This document shows positions 15,530 through 29,453 of a DNA stretch of 64,000 nucleotides, piece after piece. The position numbers were made by a program, and so were the translations under genes. Positions within the stretch are counted from its first letter, which is position 1, and the number at the start of each line of letters is the position of its first letter. Under the pieces are notes generated by a model. It searched no databases, had not been told where the DNA came from, and saw only the letters and a list, made by a program, of their open reading frames with translations. The stretch comes from Eledone cirrhosa (taxonomy: Eukaryota), in contig OZ024747.1 in assembly GCA_964016885.1 (NCBI GenBank), positions 56,606,001 through 56,670,000 on the forward strand, given 5' to 3'.

Positions 15530-16950
15530 TCATACACAGCTGGAACCATCTGCACTTGAAGACTCAAACCTGTCACCTCCGATGAATTCAGTGTCACCCT
15601 GAAGAAGCTCAACAATTGTAAAGCCCCTGGAATCTTTACTATCACTGCAGAGATGTTGAAGTGTGGAGAAGAGATAACATGATCCACTGGTTCAACTGCA
15701 TCATCAACCATGTATGGGTGTCAGAACAGTTCTGTTTCCTTTTGGAAAAAATAAGGGCAAGAAAAACGTCTGCAGCAACCACAGGTTTATCACCTTTCTC
15801 TTCATTCTTCACCAATATCCTCCTCAGCTCTGCTCTTCCCACCATTAGGAGCAGATTTTTGCCACAACAAGCTGGATTCAAATCAATCTATTGCCAACAA
15901 CATTTATGCCCTCCATCTCATTATTGAAAGATGACGAGAGTTCTGCAAAGGTCACCACCTCCATATTGCCTTCATCGGCCTCAAGGCAGCTTTCAACATG
16001 GTTGACCACGCATCCCTCTGGAAAATTCTCAAGCTCATCAGTGCACCTCCAAAAATCACCATCCTGTCCAATGACTCAATAGAAGTGTCAAGAGCTGTAT
16101 GTGGGTTAACGGGAAGAACTCTGACTGGTTCCCCACCAATAGCAGTGTTAGACAGGGCTACATGGCTGCCCCAATCTCTTCAACTGTGTCTTCCACTATC
16201 TGATGACCAAAGTTGCTGAGTGAGTTTCTAGTGTTACCTTCAGGAACTACCACCATCATGACCTAAAGTACATGGATGACATCACCCTACACAGCAACTC
16301 AATCGACCAGCTCAAGGATGCAATGACCATATACTGGGAGGAATCAGCAAAGCTTGGCTTTCAGGTGACTTGGGCGAAGACAACAATGATGCCTATTGGC
16401 AATGGCCCGAATCTTCCACTAATTCATATTGGCCCCAATGTCATCTATAATGCATTTGAACTCTATGGATCAAAAACATGGCCCATTAAAAAAAAAAAAA
16501 AAAAAAGTGGCGAATAGGATTGACAGTTTTAATAGCAAATCCCTGTGGAACATTGAGAACATTAGATGGTACCACCACGTTTCCAATGAAGAGCTGTGTG
16601 CATGCATTCATCAGACCTCACATTCCCACCTCATAGCCATTTGCTGCATGCACTGGTACAGACATGTCTTCTGCCTCCTGCTATATCAAATTACCATGGT
16701 CTTAGTCTCATTCGACAGGGTAGCTGACAGCTAGAAGTTGCCCTATGGTAGGCCCTACACAAGATGGCATAATGTGATCAAAGAAGATCTCCAGAGGCTC
16801 AACATCAACTTGAAGGAGGCAGGGGGCCTGCCACAGGACTGCAAAAAACGGGGAGCACTGGTGGTTCTGACTGGCTCTATGCATGGTGATGCCTCTGGGA
16901 TTGCTGACTTAGGATTAACTCACTCCCATCAAGTAAGAACAAGAGTGAGA
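15530..16950 (+). mobile_element. Highly decayed RTE/BovB-like LINE RT fragment
   Basis: Remnants: KAPG..ITAEMLK, PQQAGF, AFIGLKAAFN, YMDDI, LYGSKTW, IRWYHHVSNEE, GRPYTRW. Confidence 0.8.
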
Positions 16951-17418
16951 AGATATATATATTTATATTCATAAATTCATAGTCAATGGTACTGAAACTG
17001 GGAAGGTCTCAAACTGGAGAAGTACTTGATACATGGTTTGATGCAATTATATTTTGTTAAATTGAAACAGACGTATAAATTGATAAATAATTTTAATTAT
17101 AATCTTTGACTTGTATCTAAATGAAATTTTATATACATATACTGTTATTCGATGAGAAAATCCTATTAGTATTTTCTACTTTTTTTTCTTATTTTCCTGA
17201 TATATATATATATATATATACATATATAGAGAGAGTTAGTTCCACAACAAATTAGCAAACCATAGTTGAGAATATATGTTTAACCCAAAGGATTCTTCAA
17301 CTCATGATTGGTTATAGTGAGAATGGAAGTATATATGAGCTGGGTGGATTCTCTGTGGCAGATGTATATCAACATACATAAATATACAGTATAATCAATA
17401 TATAACACACATATACAG

Positions 17419-17532
<114 letters not shown>

Positions 17533-17533
17533 T

Positions 17534-17567
<34 letters not shown>

Positions 17568-18439
17568 CATATATAAGCAGAAGGGATATTCAATTTGTTG
17601 GTAATTCAACAAATATAAATGTTTATAACTGATTCAGAGCACTCAACAAGTTTTCTGGAGTATAATATTCAATGATATTAGATAAATGGAAACTATATTT
17701 ATAAAACCATATTTATTCTAATATATATAAATATATAATAGAAATATATATAATAAAATAAATATGGTTTTATAAATATAGTTTCCATTTATTTAATATC
17801 ATTGTATATACATATATATATATTTAAACATACATATATATCATCATCATCATCAATGTCATCATTTTATCTCCACTTTTCCCTGCTTGCAGGTATATTT
17901 ATATATATTATAATGAGTCAGGACCCCAAAAACTGAGCCCTTGCTGGAACTAACTGTTGAAAAAGCAAGAGGTCAGCCGTCTAGGATCATTACAATATAA
18001 CCATACTCTATTACCCCAAGTATTGAGTTCTCTTTTGAGTAATGGTCTAACCAGTTTAGAACTCAATCCATCCTGACTTATATATATATATATATATGCA
18101 CATATGTATGATTGTATGTCAACACACATGATTATATGTCTCCAAAATTGTAACAATTCCTATAGTCAATTCATTAAAATATTATTGAAGAGAATGTATT
18201 TAAAATAAAATGATACATGTAGTTAAGAAAAGAAGCAAAAACACAAAGAAATTAATAAATAAAATGAAATATTATGCCAAAATAACTCGGCAAAATATGT
18301 CGGTAAAATGGACATTATGGTGAGAATGTTGGCTAAAAATCTCAATAAAAGCATCATTGATATATATAATATATATACATGTGTGTGTGTGTCTATATAT
18401 ATATATATACATATATATATGTGTGTGTATATATATATG

Positions 18440-18471
<32 letters not shown>

Positions 18472-18491
18472 CATATATATAATATATATAT

Positions 18492-18556
<65 letters not shown>

Positions 18557-18755
18557 CATTTATATATATATATTTATATATATATATATATTTATTTATA
18601 CATATATATATTTATATATATATATAATATATATATATATTTATTTATTATATGTATATATATATACACATGTACATACACTTGCACACACAATACACAC
18701 CCAATCATATATATATATTTATATATATATGTATGTATATATATATATATATGTG

Positions 18756-18984
<229 letters not shown>

Positions 18985-19290
18985 CTGTATGTATATATGG
19001 CAAAATACGATAATAAAATGTGCTATAATTCCTGCAGAGCAGACCTCTACCAAAATTATTATATCTCCCCTGTGCTTGGAACTAATTCACTCTGCTGTAG
19101 AAATTTAGAATCAATATGTTTTGGGGTTCAATTTATGGCTTTTCTCATTGCAATGTTCCTGCTTTATGTCTTGGTGCCAACATCATCCTCTGACCAATCT
19201 CTCAAGAAAACTTAAAGCAAGACAAGTAAAAATAAAAATTAGACAAATAGACAAATAAAGATATAAATTACAGTCCTTGTATGGATGTGA

Positions 19291-19396
<106 letters not shown>

Positions 19397-19399
19397 ATG

Positions 19400-19431
<32 letters not shown>

Positions 19432-19461
19432 TATATGTAAGTATGTATGTATCTATGTATA

Positions 19462-19503
<42 letters not shown>

Positions 19504-19651
19504 TATGTAAATATGTCTATATATATATATATATATATATATAGACATATATAAATATGTTTCTGTTTATATATTTATATATAGACACTAATATACACAT
19601 TGAAATATCCTTATTGCACATATACACGATTATATGTGACATGTGTAATTC

Positions 19652-19688
<37 letters not shown>

Positions 19689-19708
19689 TACATATATATG
19701 TATGTATA

Positions 19709-19762
<54 letters not shown>

Positions 19763-20345
19763 CATTCAGCTGCTAGGCTACTTTAATCTTAGGATTAAGT
19801 AGATCAGTTATATATTAAAGCACTCAATACAAGGAAAGTAGGACAGTTGTATTTATTTTTCTGTATTTTACAGACGTAATTTTGTTTCAAATATGAATTA
19901 AATCAATTTCTTCTCAGAAACAATTTTATATAGCCTATATCTGGTCCTAAGCCAGTCAAGAAGATGATAAAAACATCTATATTATTCAGCAAAATTGATG
20001 GTCAGGCATATTTGTAAGAAGATAACCATACATTCAACTGAAGTACAAGCGTGTTCATGTGATTAAGAAGTTCAGGTTATAAACACAGGGTTTCAGGTTT
20101 GTTCTGCTTGTGGAACTTTGTTGAAGTAATTTTACTCATATATTAGGTTGACCAATACCTTGAGCATGAAGTAGTTTGATGGAAACTGTGCAGAGTATAA
20201 ATATTTAACATAGAATGGCTGGCTTCTACAGGACAAGAACTGTTTCTCCCGAATGGAATAGTTCTAATCCTATAGAAGCCATTTCTCTCTCTCTCTCACT
20301 CTCTCTCTCTCTCCCTCTCTCTCTTACTCACTCTCTCTCTTTCTC

Positions 20346-20380
<35 letters not shown>

Positions 20381-20712
20381 TACTCACTCTCTTTCTTTCT
20401 CTCTCTCTCTCTCTCTCTCTTACTCACTCTCTCTCTCTCTTACTCACTCTCCCATCGGTCACTAATGACCATGGTTTTACATCTAGAAATTTTACCTCCA
20501 AGGCACCAGTCAAGGCAAGGTTTGTTTGTGGAAGGCTAGCAGTCACTTATGCACACTAGTGTCCCCTCTTCATGCCATCAATGTTGTCCAAGGGAAAGGC
20601 AAGGGCCAATACAGACCAATACCTGGTCTGAGAATTGAACTCACAACCTGTCTATTGAAAGCCAAACACTTTAACCATTAAGCTATGCACCTTTACTTTC
20701 TCTCTTTCTCTC

Positions 20713-20755
<43 letters not shown>

Positions 20756-20786
20756 AGATCAAAAGATGGTTAAAGGAGTTCCATAT

Positions 20787-20855
20787 ATTTTATTATGCGC
20801 ATTTCAAAAACAAACATCATCAAGCAATAATATTTGTGTTTTCATCAGATAAAAC
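20787..20855 (-). ncRNA. Minimal type I hammerhead ribozyme motif with long stem II
   Basis: GUUUUAU-CUGAUGA-AAACACAAAUAUUAUU(gcuu)GAUGAUGUUUGUUUUU-GAAA-UGCGCA-UA|AUAAAAU. Confidence 0.8.
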
Positions 20856-21055
20856 AGGAGAACATGATATGAAGGCTAAAAAACACTTGTGGATAGTGCA
20901 GTTTTAAATCAACAGTTTTATATTATGCATACTCCAGTCCCACAAACTGTAGAGTGCTTCTTATCCGATATCTGCATTGCTTTATTGTACTACAATAAAA
21001 CTCACCTCCTACATTATATATATATATATATATACTCATTTACACATACATTTAT

Positions 21056-21086
<31 letters not shown>

Positions 21087-21139
21087 CTCATTTACACATA
21101 CATTTACATACACACACACATATATATATATATATATTC

Positions 21140-21325
21140 AGAGTTGCTGCCTCCTTCAAAACTTCCATGCTTCCCGAAATTCACCAACACTACACCTGGT
21201 ATTCCCCCTCCCAACAAACGCAGGCATATGTGTGAATCATGACTCATACACTGTTCACTTTCCTATGTATTATACATGCACCTTTGATGAGTTGTAGTGC
21301 ACCTGAGCACTGTACACAATAATTT

Positions 21326-21372
<47 letters not shown>
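21140..21372 (+). mobile_element. CR1-type LINE 3' end with (ATT)n tail
   Basis: Similar to the 3' UTR of the CR1 fragment at 50190-50550 (cttccatgcttcccgaaatt...gtagtgcacctgagcac...ttcattatt). Confidence 0.75.
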
Positions 21373-21373
<1 letters not shown>

Positions 21374-23800
21374 TTTGAGTCTCAGTCATTGATGTTATTT
21401 AACTGGAAAGTTTGTTGAAATGAATATCAAGCCGCTATGCAGCCTCAGATATTCAGGACGTATCGGAGGGTTCTTGCTGTTCCCAGCAAGCACGCCTTTT
21501 GAAGTGTTCCAAAAAGCGGGGCTGGACTAATTTTCTTTAACCATCCTTGGAAACTCTTTGAGATAGTACTTAGTGTGCCTATGACAACCGGGACGACTCT
21601 AACTTCATGGCAGTTCCAAATCCTTTTTACCTCCCACTTTAAGTCCTGGAATCGGTTAATTTTCTCCATCTCCTTTTCTTGCACTCTCATGTCAAATGGG
21701 CAGGCTACATCTACAATCAGGCACGATCTTTTTTCCTTGTCCAAAACCACCAGGTCAGGTCTATTGTGTTCCAGTTTCTTGTCCGTCTGTATCCTAATAT
21801 CCCATAGTACCTTCACCTGATCGTTTTCTATCACCAACTCTGTCTTATGGTCATACCTTTCTCAGAATGTGGTAAATTGTTTACTTTGCATAGGTGCCAG
21901 TGGATCACCCTGCCTATCACATCATGTCTCCAGCCTTTTTAGTGAGTCTGGGCTAGGTGTTTACACTCGGATACAATGTGAGCCACAGTCTCCTCTCTCT
22001 CCACATCCTACACAGTGGGCTAGCCACCTCCTTGTAAATATGGTGTTTCACTCACTTGTTCTGAGGGCCTGCTCTTGAGCAGTCATTAGCATTCCTTCTA
22101 TAGCCCTTTTAAGGTCTCATCTTTTTAACCAGTTCCATGTCTGTGGATCTTTAAATTCGGTTTTCTCAAAGAAGGTACTATGAAGGGATTTTTCATGAAG
22201 GTTGCTCTTCCTCCTTGTTGTTATTTCCTCATTGGACATCCCCTGGTCTATTGTCCTCTCCTTCAGTACAATTCTGAGCATTGGCTCCCTACTGCCAGTC
22301 ACGTATTTGTGCAGGTTGTTTTTCTCCATCTGAACACACTCCTCTATGCTGATAAGACCTCTTCCACCTTCAGATCTCCTTAAGTAGAATCTATAGACAT
22401 CACTCCTCTTGTCCTCTTGTGGAACATGTTGTAGATAGTCAATAGCTTCTTAGTCTTCCTATCCATTTCTTTTTGTTCAGCAACATTCCATTTCAGAATC
22501 CCCACACTGTACCTAATAATAGACACAGCTCGGGAATTCACTGCACTTATGACATTCCTACTATTTAGATGTGATTTTAATATGCTCCTTACTCTCCTAA
22601 TGTACTCAGATCTTATAAATTCCTTCATTTTTTTGTTCTTGATGTCATCTGCCTCCAGAACACCTAAATATTTGTATCCTTCTTCAGTGTCAATTTCCTT
22701 TATCATCTCACCTGTTGGTACCTGGATTCCGTTGCTTCTGCTCAATTTACCCCTCTTCATCACTAGGACTCCACACTTATTAATACCAAATTCCATACAT
22801 TGCTGAAAATACGGAGAGTGTCAACAAGTACATCCAACTCCTTCTCACTCTTCCCAAAGAGTTTAACATCATCCATGAAGAGGAGGTGGTTGATGGTAAG
22901 CTCTCCTTTTCCCAACTTGTATCCTGCTCTCACTTTTTGCAGTATAATGGTCAGGTGTATCAGAGCAAGGACAAATAACAGAGGAGACAAACTATCTCCC
23001 TGGAAGATACCTCTCTTGATCTTCATGCCTCCCAAGGATTCTCCACCTGATGTTAACTCTGTTTTCCAGGACTTCATACTTTTGCTCAACAACTGTCTGA
23101 TGTTATCTGCCACCCTGAAGATCTCTAGGTTTTTGGTTATCCAAGAATGAGGTACCATGTCGAATGCCTTTTTGTAATCTATCCATCCCATGGCAAGACC
23201 AGTGTGTCTCCTCTTGCAATTCCTCATTACCATCTTATCAATAAGTAACTGGTCTTTTGTACCATGGGACTTCTTTCAGCATCCTTTCTGTTTGTCCGGT
23301 AACAAGTTGTTTATGTGGAGGTGATGGTACATTTTCTTAGACACAATGCTTGTTAACAGTTTCCACATTACAGACAGACATGTGATTGGTCTATAGTTGG
23401 TAACATCATTACCCTTGATTCGGTCTTTCATTACCAGAACTGTGGTACCTTTTGTCAACCACTCTGGTACCTCACCCGACATCAAGCAGTCATTGAACAT
23501 GGTTGTCAGTTTCGGGTGGAGGGATGTTACATTTTTAATCCAATACCCCTGCACACCATCTGCGCTTGGTGATTTCCAGTTGGTTAGTTTTTTGGCCTGC
23601 CCTTTAAGAGTTTCAACTATGATACTCAAATCAGTTTGTTAGTGCGCTTGTTCACTAATCTCCTTTTGTACTGTCTCAATCCACTCTGCCAGACTATTAT
23701 GTTCAACATCCTGCTCCCATATTCCTCTCCAGAATGTCTTAGTCTGTTCCGCCTCAGGGATCAAGTCGTTGCCTCTTTCTTTCCCTTCAAGCTGTCCAAA
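21373..23800 (-). mobile_element. 5'-truncated, frameshifted R4/Dong-clade non-LTR element (RT + CCHC + restriction-like endonuclease)
   Basis: RT: [44 protein letters not shown] remnant CRM/CGE..ETVAHIVSEC. RLE: HNRPDLVVLDK..IVDVACPFD..K. (TAA)n on both flanks. Confidence 0.9.
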
Positions 23801-23816
23801 TATTATTATTATTATT

Positions 23817-24017
23817 CAGTGGATTGGCAGTATCGGTAGAGAGTCGGACGCCATGTTTTGCAGCAAAGAGTTACGGCCCTTTATGGTCTGAGTTCAAATC
23901 CCGCCGAGGTTATCTTTGCCTTTCATCCTTATGGGGTTGATAAAATAAAGTACCAGTAATACACTGGTTTTAATTGCTGGCCTAGTGCCAAAAGTAGAAA
24001 CAATTATTATTATTATT
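23817..24017 (+). mobile_element. SINE family A
   Basis: Full match to the other copies; inserted in (ATT)n. Confidence 0.9.
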
Positions 24018-24106
24018 ATATATATAAATATATTTACAAAACGGTTTGAGCTCTGCCGTCGGGGTTAAACATTTTCCTATATATGTATATATATATATAT
24101 ATATAT

Positions 24107-24153
<47 letters not shown>

Positions 24154-24159
24154 TATAAT

Positions 24160-24466
24160 GCTTTCTTTATTAACCACAAGGGTTTACACAAAGTAAAACA
24201 TTAAGGACAGTACAGGACAATACAGGACAGTGCAAATGGGCATTTCTGCGTGTAAAAAAAACAAAAACAGAGGATGTAACAAAAAAGGAACAATGAAAAA
24301 TTCCCCAATAGGTGGGAGACCTCCAAGGGCCATCGTTGAGAAAGCCCATTAAAAAAAAGCCGCGGTGACCCTGATCACCAGGGGAAGTGCCCTCTCCCAG
24401 TTTTCCACCTTCAATTTACAGGCACATACTCAGGCCATTCTTGCCTCTCTCACCCATCTTTCAAGA
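24160..24466 (-). mobile_element. Possible L1/Tx1-like LINE 3' end
   Basis: Minus strand reads FLERWVREARMA, then a 3' UTR ending aataaagaaagc + (ATT)n. The clade assignment is tentative. Confidence 0.35.
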
Positions 24467-24467
24467 A

Positions 24468-24839
24468 AATAATAATTAGGGAACAAAGAATCTATGTTGC
24501 ATCATTTACATTTTTAATCACATATTACATATGTTTCACTGCCGATCAGCTCGAGGAATGATCGAGTATGTTCGTTCCTGGTTCTGGAATTGAAAGCTAC
24601 TTAGATACATGCTCTCACATGTAGATTCCCATCTAAATGTTCATCAGGATCAGCAATATCACCATCATCATTTGGACGTGAGTCTACATGTGAAAGCAGG
24701 TATCTAAGGAGCTTTCAATTCCAGAACCAGGAACTAACATAATCAATCGTTCCTCGAGCTGTTCGGCAGTGAAACATATGTAATATGTGAGTAAATATGT
24801 ATATGATGCAACACTGATTCTTTGTTCCCTAATTATTAT
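24468..24839. repeat. Fold-back element with ~170-bp imperfect arms
   Basis: ataattagggaacaaagaatc...tctaaatg / catttgga...gattctttgttccctaattat. Confidence 0.85.
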
Positions 24840-25026
24840 TATTGATACTTTGCTCCCCAATAGCATCAAGTGCTCATCTTGGCATACCCGCCTGTGAACA
24901 CAATCCAATTTCACCATTTACTACTGCCCTGGGGGGCAGCGATGGGGGACAGGGAATTCTGGGGCATGAGAGTGAGATCCATCATCTCGACAGTAGTCGA
25001 TGAATGATGATGATGATGACTACTAC

Positions 25027-25094
<68 letters not shown>

Positions 25095-25464
25095 CTCCAG
25101 ATAAAAGCTGTATAGAGGGGACATGAACTGCATAAGCTATAGTGAAGCAAACTACCTAGGAGATGAATCACTCTGAATTAAAAGTGCTACAGTGTAGTGG
25201 GGTCACAGAACCTTCTTAGGGTTGTTGGAATAATCCATAGTGTAAAGTGCTTGGTGATAAGGAGGGCACTTGAAAATCCATGCCAAAACCAAGAGAAATA
25301 CAGTTTGTATCATAAAACATAATTGCATTCACAGAGCAAACACTAACCCTGTTATTATAGTCAGTGTGTCGAAGTAAATACCCCTTGAATTGTGAAGGGA
25401 AGGAATAGTCCTCTTCCTTTCAGGTGAAGAGTAGAGACACCAAAGAGCATTCATATCAATGTCA

Positions 25465-25540
25465 GGTAACACATTTCAGAACTGCCAATATTAACGTTGG
25501 TACACTGAAAGGCAAGGAAAATGATATTGTAAAAAAAGTA
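25465..25540 (+). mobile_element. Remnant of an RTE APE N-terminus
   Basis: Translates TFRTANINVGTLKGKENDIV, versus NFRVGTINVGTLKGRANEVV in the intact ORF. Confidence 0.6.
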
Positions 25541-25604
25541 CCAGGAATTCCAAGTGAATAGAAGCTGTTAAAATGGACAACTAAAAAGAAACTGCACCTC
25601 ACAT

Positions 25605-26540
25605 ACAACATGATAATAGAGAGAAAGAAGCAGAGAGATGTTGTGCAGGAGATGATAATAGAGAGAAGCAGAGTGATGTTGTGCTGGAGATGATAATAGA
25701 GAGATGCTGTGCAGGAGATGATAATAGAGAGAAGTCAAGAAATGTTGTGCTAGAGATGATGGCAGAAAGAAGCAGATATATGTTATGCTGGAGATGATAG
25801 AAAGAAAACTTGGAGAGATGTTGTGCTGGAGATGATAATAGAAAGAAAGAGGTGGAGAGATGATGGAGATGATAGAAAGAAAACTTGGAGAGATGATGGA
25901 GATGATAAAAAGAAAACTTGGAGAGATGCTGTGCTGGAGATGATAATAGAAAGAAAGAGGTGGAGAGATGATGGAGATGATAGAAAGAAAACTTGGAGAG
26001 ATGCTGTGCTGGAGATGATAATAGAAAGAAAGAGGTGGAGAGATGATGGAGATGATAGAAAGAAAACTTGGAGAGATGCTGTGCTGGAGATGATAATAGA
26101 GAGAAGTCAAGAAATGTTGTGCTGGAGATGATGGTAGAAAGAAGCAGATATATGTTATGCTGGAGATGATAGAAAGAAAACTTGGAGAGATGTTGTGCTG
26201 GAGATGATAATAGAAAGAAAGAAGTGGAGAGATGATGGAGATGATAGAAAGAAAACTTGGAGAGATGCTGTGCTGGAGATGATAATAGAGAGAAGTCAAG
26301 AAATGTTGTGCTGGAGATGATGGTAGAAAGAAGCAGATATATGTTATGCTGGAGATGATAGAAAGAAAACTTGGAGAGATGTTGTGCTGGAGATGATAAT
26401 AGAAAGAAAGAGGTGGAGAGATGATAGAAAAAGAGAAATAACTGGAGAGATGCCATGCTGGAGATGATAATAGAAAGAAGCAGAGATATGTTATGCTAGA
26501 GATGATAGAAAGAAAGAAGTGGAAAGATGTTGTGCTGGAG
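25605..26540. repeat. Purine-rich minisatellite (gtgctggagatgataatagaaagaa subunits; ~80-bp and ~180-bp higher-order periods)
   Basis: Direct reading. Confidence 0.9.
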
Positions 26541-26589
26541 AGGAAACATCTAACACATGTACACAGAATTTAAATAAGAACAACATAAA

Positions 26590-27331
26590 AATGATGTTGA
26601 TGGTAACTGCAGGAACGATGACATTGCCGATGATAATGATGCTGATAATGATATTGATGATGGTGATGATGATTACAACAACAATGATGATGATGATGAT
26701 AATGATGATGCTGATAATGATTATGACACCAATGATGATGATGATAATGATCATAGCAATGATGATGATGATGGTGATATTGATGATGCTGATGATCATT
26801 ACAGCGATAATGTTGATGATAATGATGATAAAAATGACGATGATGATGATAATGATGATGCTGATAATGATTATGACAACAATGATGATGATAATGATGA
26901 GGAATGTAAACAAAACACACTAGGTTTACTTAAATAACTTAAAACAAAATGGTGGTCGTTGCAGCTAGTATTAAAGTGAAGAATATAAATTTGTCAGCCT
27001 CTATGACTGGCTATTTGGTAACTCAACTATTAACAGTTATCAGTTATGATAGTGCTGTCGGGAAGGGCCAAAGTGTGATGGGGAAGGCTCTTATATTAAC
27101 TCTTCTCTAATTGGTCGAATAGCTGTCTTTGACAGTTTGTCTGTAGACAGATCAGTGCTGATTTATCAAAGATTTCAGTAACTGATTATTGAATATGACA
27201 GCTGTATCAACCTGTTTCCTGCTCATGTCTGCTAACGCTAACACCACATTCCACCACCACTTACCATCCTGGTGGTGGTGGTGATGATGATGATGATGAT
27301 GGTGATGGTGATGATGATGATGGTGATGATG

Positions 27332-27363
<32 letters not shown>

Positions 27364-27447
27364 GATGGTGGTGATGGTGGTGATGGTGGTAGTGGCAGTT
27401 TCTTCTTATTATTATTCTTCTTCTTCTTCTACTTCCTTTTCTTCTTC

Positions 27448-27479
<32 letters not shown>

Positions 27480-27993
27480 CTTCTTCTTCTTCTTCTTCTT
27501 CCCTTTCTTCTTCTTCTTCTTCTTCTTCTTCTTCTTCTTCTTCTTCTACTTCCTTTTCTTCTTCTTCTTCTTCTTCTTCTTCTTCTTCTTCTTCTTCTTC
27601 TTCTTCTTCTTCTACTTCCTTTTCTTCTTCTTCTTCTTCTTCTTCTTCTTCTTCTTCTACTTCCTTTTCTTCTTCTTCTTCTTCTTCTTCTTCTTCTTCT
27701 TCTTCTTCTTCTTCTTCTTCTTCTTCCCTTTCTTCTTCTTCTTCTTCTTCTTCTTCTTCTTCTTCTTCTTCTTCTTCTTCCCTTTCTTCTTATTCTTATT
27801 CTTTTCTCCTCCTCCTCCTCCTTCTTCTTCTTCGTCTTTTCTTTCTTCTTCTTCTTCTTCTTCTTCTTCTTCTTTTTCTTCTTCTTCTTCTTCCCTTTCT
27901 TCTTATTCTTATTCTTTTCTCCTCCTCCTCCTTCTTCTTCTTCTTCTTCTTCTTCTTCTTCTTCTTCTTCTTCTTCTTCTTCTTCTTCTTCTT
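26590..27993. repeat. (GAT)n tracts (26590-26900, 27270-27395) and (TTC)n tract (27400-27993)
   Basis: Direct reading. Confidence 0.95.
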
Positions 27994-28321
27994 CCAGTTA
28001 GTTCAGTTTGATTGGATCATGTCTCACATTATATACAAATATGTATATGCAAATATATGCACGCATTGCGTGTGTAGTATATGCTATGTATATGCACGTG
28101 TGTTTGTTTGTATATACACATGTAGATATTCATATGTGTATATATATGTATTATACATGTGTATATATCATAAATGCATACACAAACACACATAGACATA
28201 TATATATAACTATATATAACTGTATATAATTATATATATATATATATATGTATTTATATATATATATATGTGCGTGTGTGTGTGTATATATATGTATATA
28301 TATATACATACATACGTACAT

Positions 28322-28379
<58 letters not shown>

Positions 28380-28664
28380 GTGTGTGTGTGTATATATATA
28401 TATATATCTGTGTGTGTGTGTATATATATACATATGTATATATGTATATATATATTTATATAAATGCATGTATGTATATGGTGACGTATCTACAAAAATA
28501 TCTGACAACATACACCTTCTCATTTGCTAGTTTATGTTTAGGGAGAGATATAAATCAATAAATAAATATACTACAAGCAAACGATACAGACACACACATA
28601 TATATATATAACGTACACACACACACACACACACACATATGTATATAGCCATATATATATCTAG

Positions 28665-28746
<82 letters not shown>

Positions 28747-28819
28747 CTAGATATATATATGGCTACAAAGATAGGCAAATAAATAGATAGCAAAACACAC
28801 AAAAATAGAGAGAGGGAGA

Positions 28820-28863
<44 letters not shown>

Positions 28864-29381
28864 CTAGATATATATATGGCTACAAAGATAGGCAAATAAA
28901 TAGATAGATAGCAAAACACACAAAAAATAGAGAGAGGGAGAGATGGGGATAGGCAAACAAACATAAAAATGGACACATGCTAACAGACAGACTGATATAA
29001 GAACGTCGACGTTTTCAAAATAGCTCAACATCAAATTCATTGTTGGCCATCCAATGCAACTAAATATCACCGTGTTCTACGGAACGGATGATTTAGCAAT
29101 ATGAGTGAAGATATAAAGTGAAGACTATAGAAGTCTTCTTTGGTGGAATGTAATTCCCTATCAGCTAACACAATAATATCATGACAATACATACAAGTAA
29201 AGAAGAAGGTTTGCATTTGTTCTGTGAAATAATAAGACTTCTTAAATAGATATACGCCTGACAACAAGAATTAGCAGTAAATTGACTCAATTTGCTAGAA
29301 TGTTACCTGTCTGTCTACCTACCTTTATATAACTACCTGTATAATGTATTACATTTATGTGTGTACATACGTATGCCTGTT

Positions 29382-29413
<32 letters not shown>

Positions 29414-29417
29414 CATG

Positions 29418-29419
<2 letters not shown>

Positions 29420-29453
<34 letters not shown>

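Noticed and set aside
25605-26540. Repeat array superficially like a CRISPR array or a repeat-protein gene
   Set aside because: There are no unique spacers and no cas genes, the context is eukaryotic, and the subunits are simple variants of one satellite.
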